Source: Centroscyllium fabricii
Lineage: Eukaryota
Direction of reading: 5' to 3'
DNA: 64,000 nucleotides
Assembly (NCBI GenBank): GCA_051313645.2
Contig: JBNRSN020000004.1
Location: 74,152,001-74,216,000, forward strand
A program made the position numbers and the translations under genes. This document shows, in pieces, positions 62,805 through 64,000 of this stretch; position 1 is the stretch's first letter; each line of letters starts with the position of its first letter. Below the pieces are notes generated by a model that saw only the letters and a list, made by a program, of their open reading frames with translations, was not told the DNA's origin and searched no databases.

Positions 62805-64000
62805 GGGAGGTGCCAGAGGACAGCTAACATACCATTATTCAAGAAGCGTAGTAGGGATAAACCAGGGAATTACAGACCAGTGAGCTAACATCAGTGATAG
62901 GGAAATTATTGGAAAAATTCTGAGGGACAGAATTAGTCTCCACTTGGAGAGGCACGGATTTATCAAGGATAGTCAGCATGGCTTTGTCAGGGGGTATCAT
63001 GTCTGACCAATTTGATTGAATTTTGAGAGGGGGTGACTATGTGTGTGGATGAGGGTAGTGCAGTTGATGTAGTCTACATGGACTTCAGTAAGGCTTTTGA
63101 CAAAGTCCCGCATGGGAGACTGGTCAAGAAGGTAAGAGCCCATGGGATCCAAGGCAACCTGGCACATTGGATCCATAACTGGCATAGTGGCAGGAGGCAG
63201 AGGGTGATGGTCGAAGGTTGTTTTTGTGACTGGAAGTCGGTGTCCAGTGGTGTACCGCAGGGATTGGTGATGGGTCCTTTGCTGTTTGTAGTGTACATTA
63301 ATGATTTAGATATGAATGTAGGAGGTATGATCAGTAAGTTCGCAGATGACACGAAAATTGGTAGAGTGGTAAATAGTGAGAAGGGAAGCCTCAGGCTACA
63401 GGACGATATAGACGGATTGATTAGCTGGGCAGAACAGTGGCAAATAGAATGTAACCCTGAAAAGTGTGAGGTGATGCATTTTGGGAGGACTAACAAGGCA
63501 ATGGAATACACAATGAATGTTAGGACACTAGGAAGGTCAGAGGATCAGAGGGACCTTGGTGTGCATGTACATAGATCCCTGAAGGCAGCAGGACAGGTAG
63601 ATAAGGTGGTTAAAAAGGCAAATGTGATACTTGCTTTCATTAGCCGAAGCATAGAATATAAGAGCAGGGAGGTTATGATGGTGCCGTACAAAACGCTAGT
63701 TAGGCCACAGCTGGAATACTGTGTGCAGTTCTGGTCGCCACACTATAGGAAGGATGTGAAATAACAACAGAAAATGCTGGAAAAATTCAGCAGGCCAGGC
63801 AGCATCAGTGGAGAGAGAAATAGAGTCGACGTTTTGGATTGGGATCCTTGGTTGTTATTTCGGGTTTCCAGCATCTGCAGTATTTTGCTATCATAGGAAG
63901 GATGTGATTGCATTGGAGAGGGGGCAGAGGAGATTCACCAGGATGTTAGCTGGGCTGGGGTGCTTCAGCTATGAAGAGAGACTGAACAGGCTGGGGTTGT
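62805..64000 (+). mobile_element. CR1 LINE (second subfamily) RT fragment running off the window
   Basis: ORF 63033-63764 VYMDFSKAFDKVPH...KFADDTKIG...RPQLEYCVQFWSP. Confidence 0.93.
63760..63892. mobile_element. Short Penelope-type insertion with internal inversion, nested in CR1
   Basis: 15-bp TSD ataggaaggatgtga (63745-63759, 63893-63907). The first part is the reverse complement, and the second part the forward strand, of the repeat family seen at 27570-27692. Confidence 0.7.

Overview
Vertebrate genomic DNA, very probably from a cartilaginous fish (shark), judged from its repeats: HER1/CR1 LINEs, HE1/V-SINEs and SacSINE1-type DeuSINEs. The only host gene I can support is RBM33 on the minus strand, seen as three phase-0 coding exons (53046-53681, 35781-35978/35981, 28818-29006). 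Its expected terminal exon(s) were not found, and there is a 163-N gap just downstream of the last visible exon. The rest is mostly nested transposable elements: many CR1 fragments, L2- and RTE-type LINEs, SINEs, Tc1/pogo-, hAT- and Harbinger-like MITEs, and two Gypsy LTR elements with both LTRs but no RT (one gag-integrase fusion, one gag-protease plus coiled coil). The most notable structures are: a 200-bp palindromic Penelope-type insertion carrying minimal hammerhead-ribozyme motifs on both strands; a multi-template chimeric CR1 insertion containing an inverted copy of nearby DNA; CR1 copies with interchangeable 3'UTR modules; and a 265-bp non-coding hairpin. Most ORF-track entries are TE remnants or noise. 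All identifications are by eye and from remembered consensus sequences, not from database searches.
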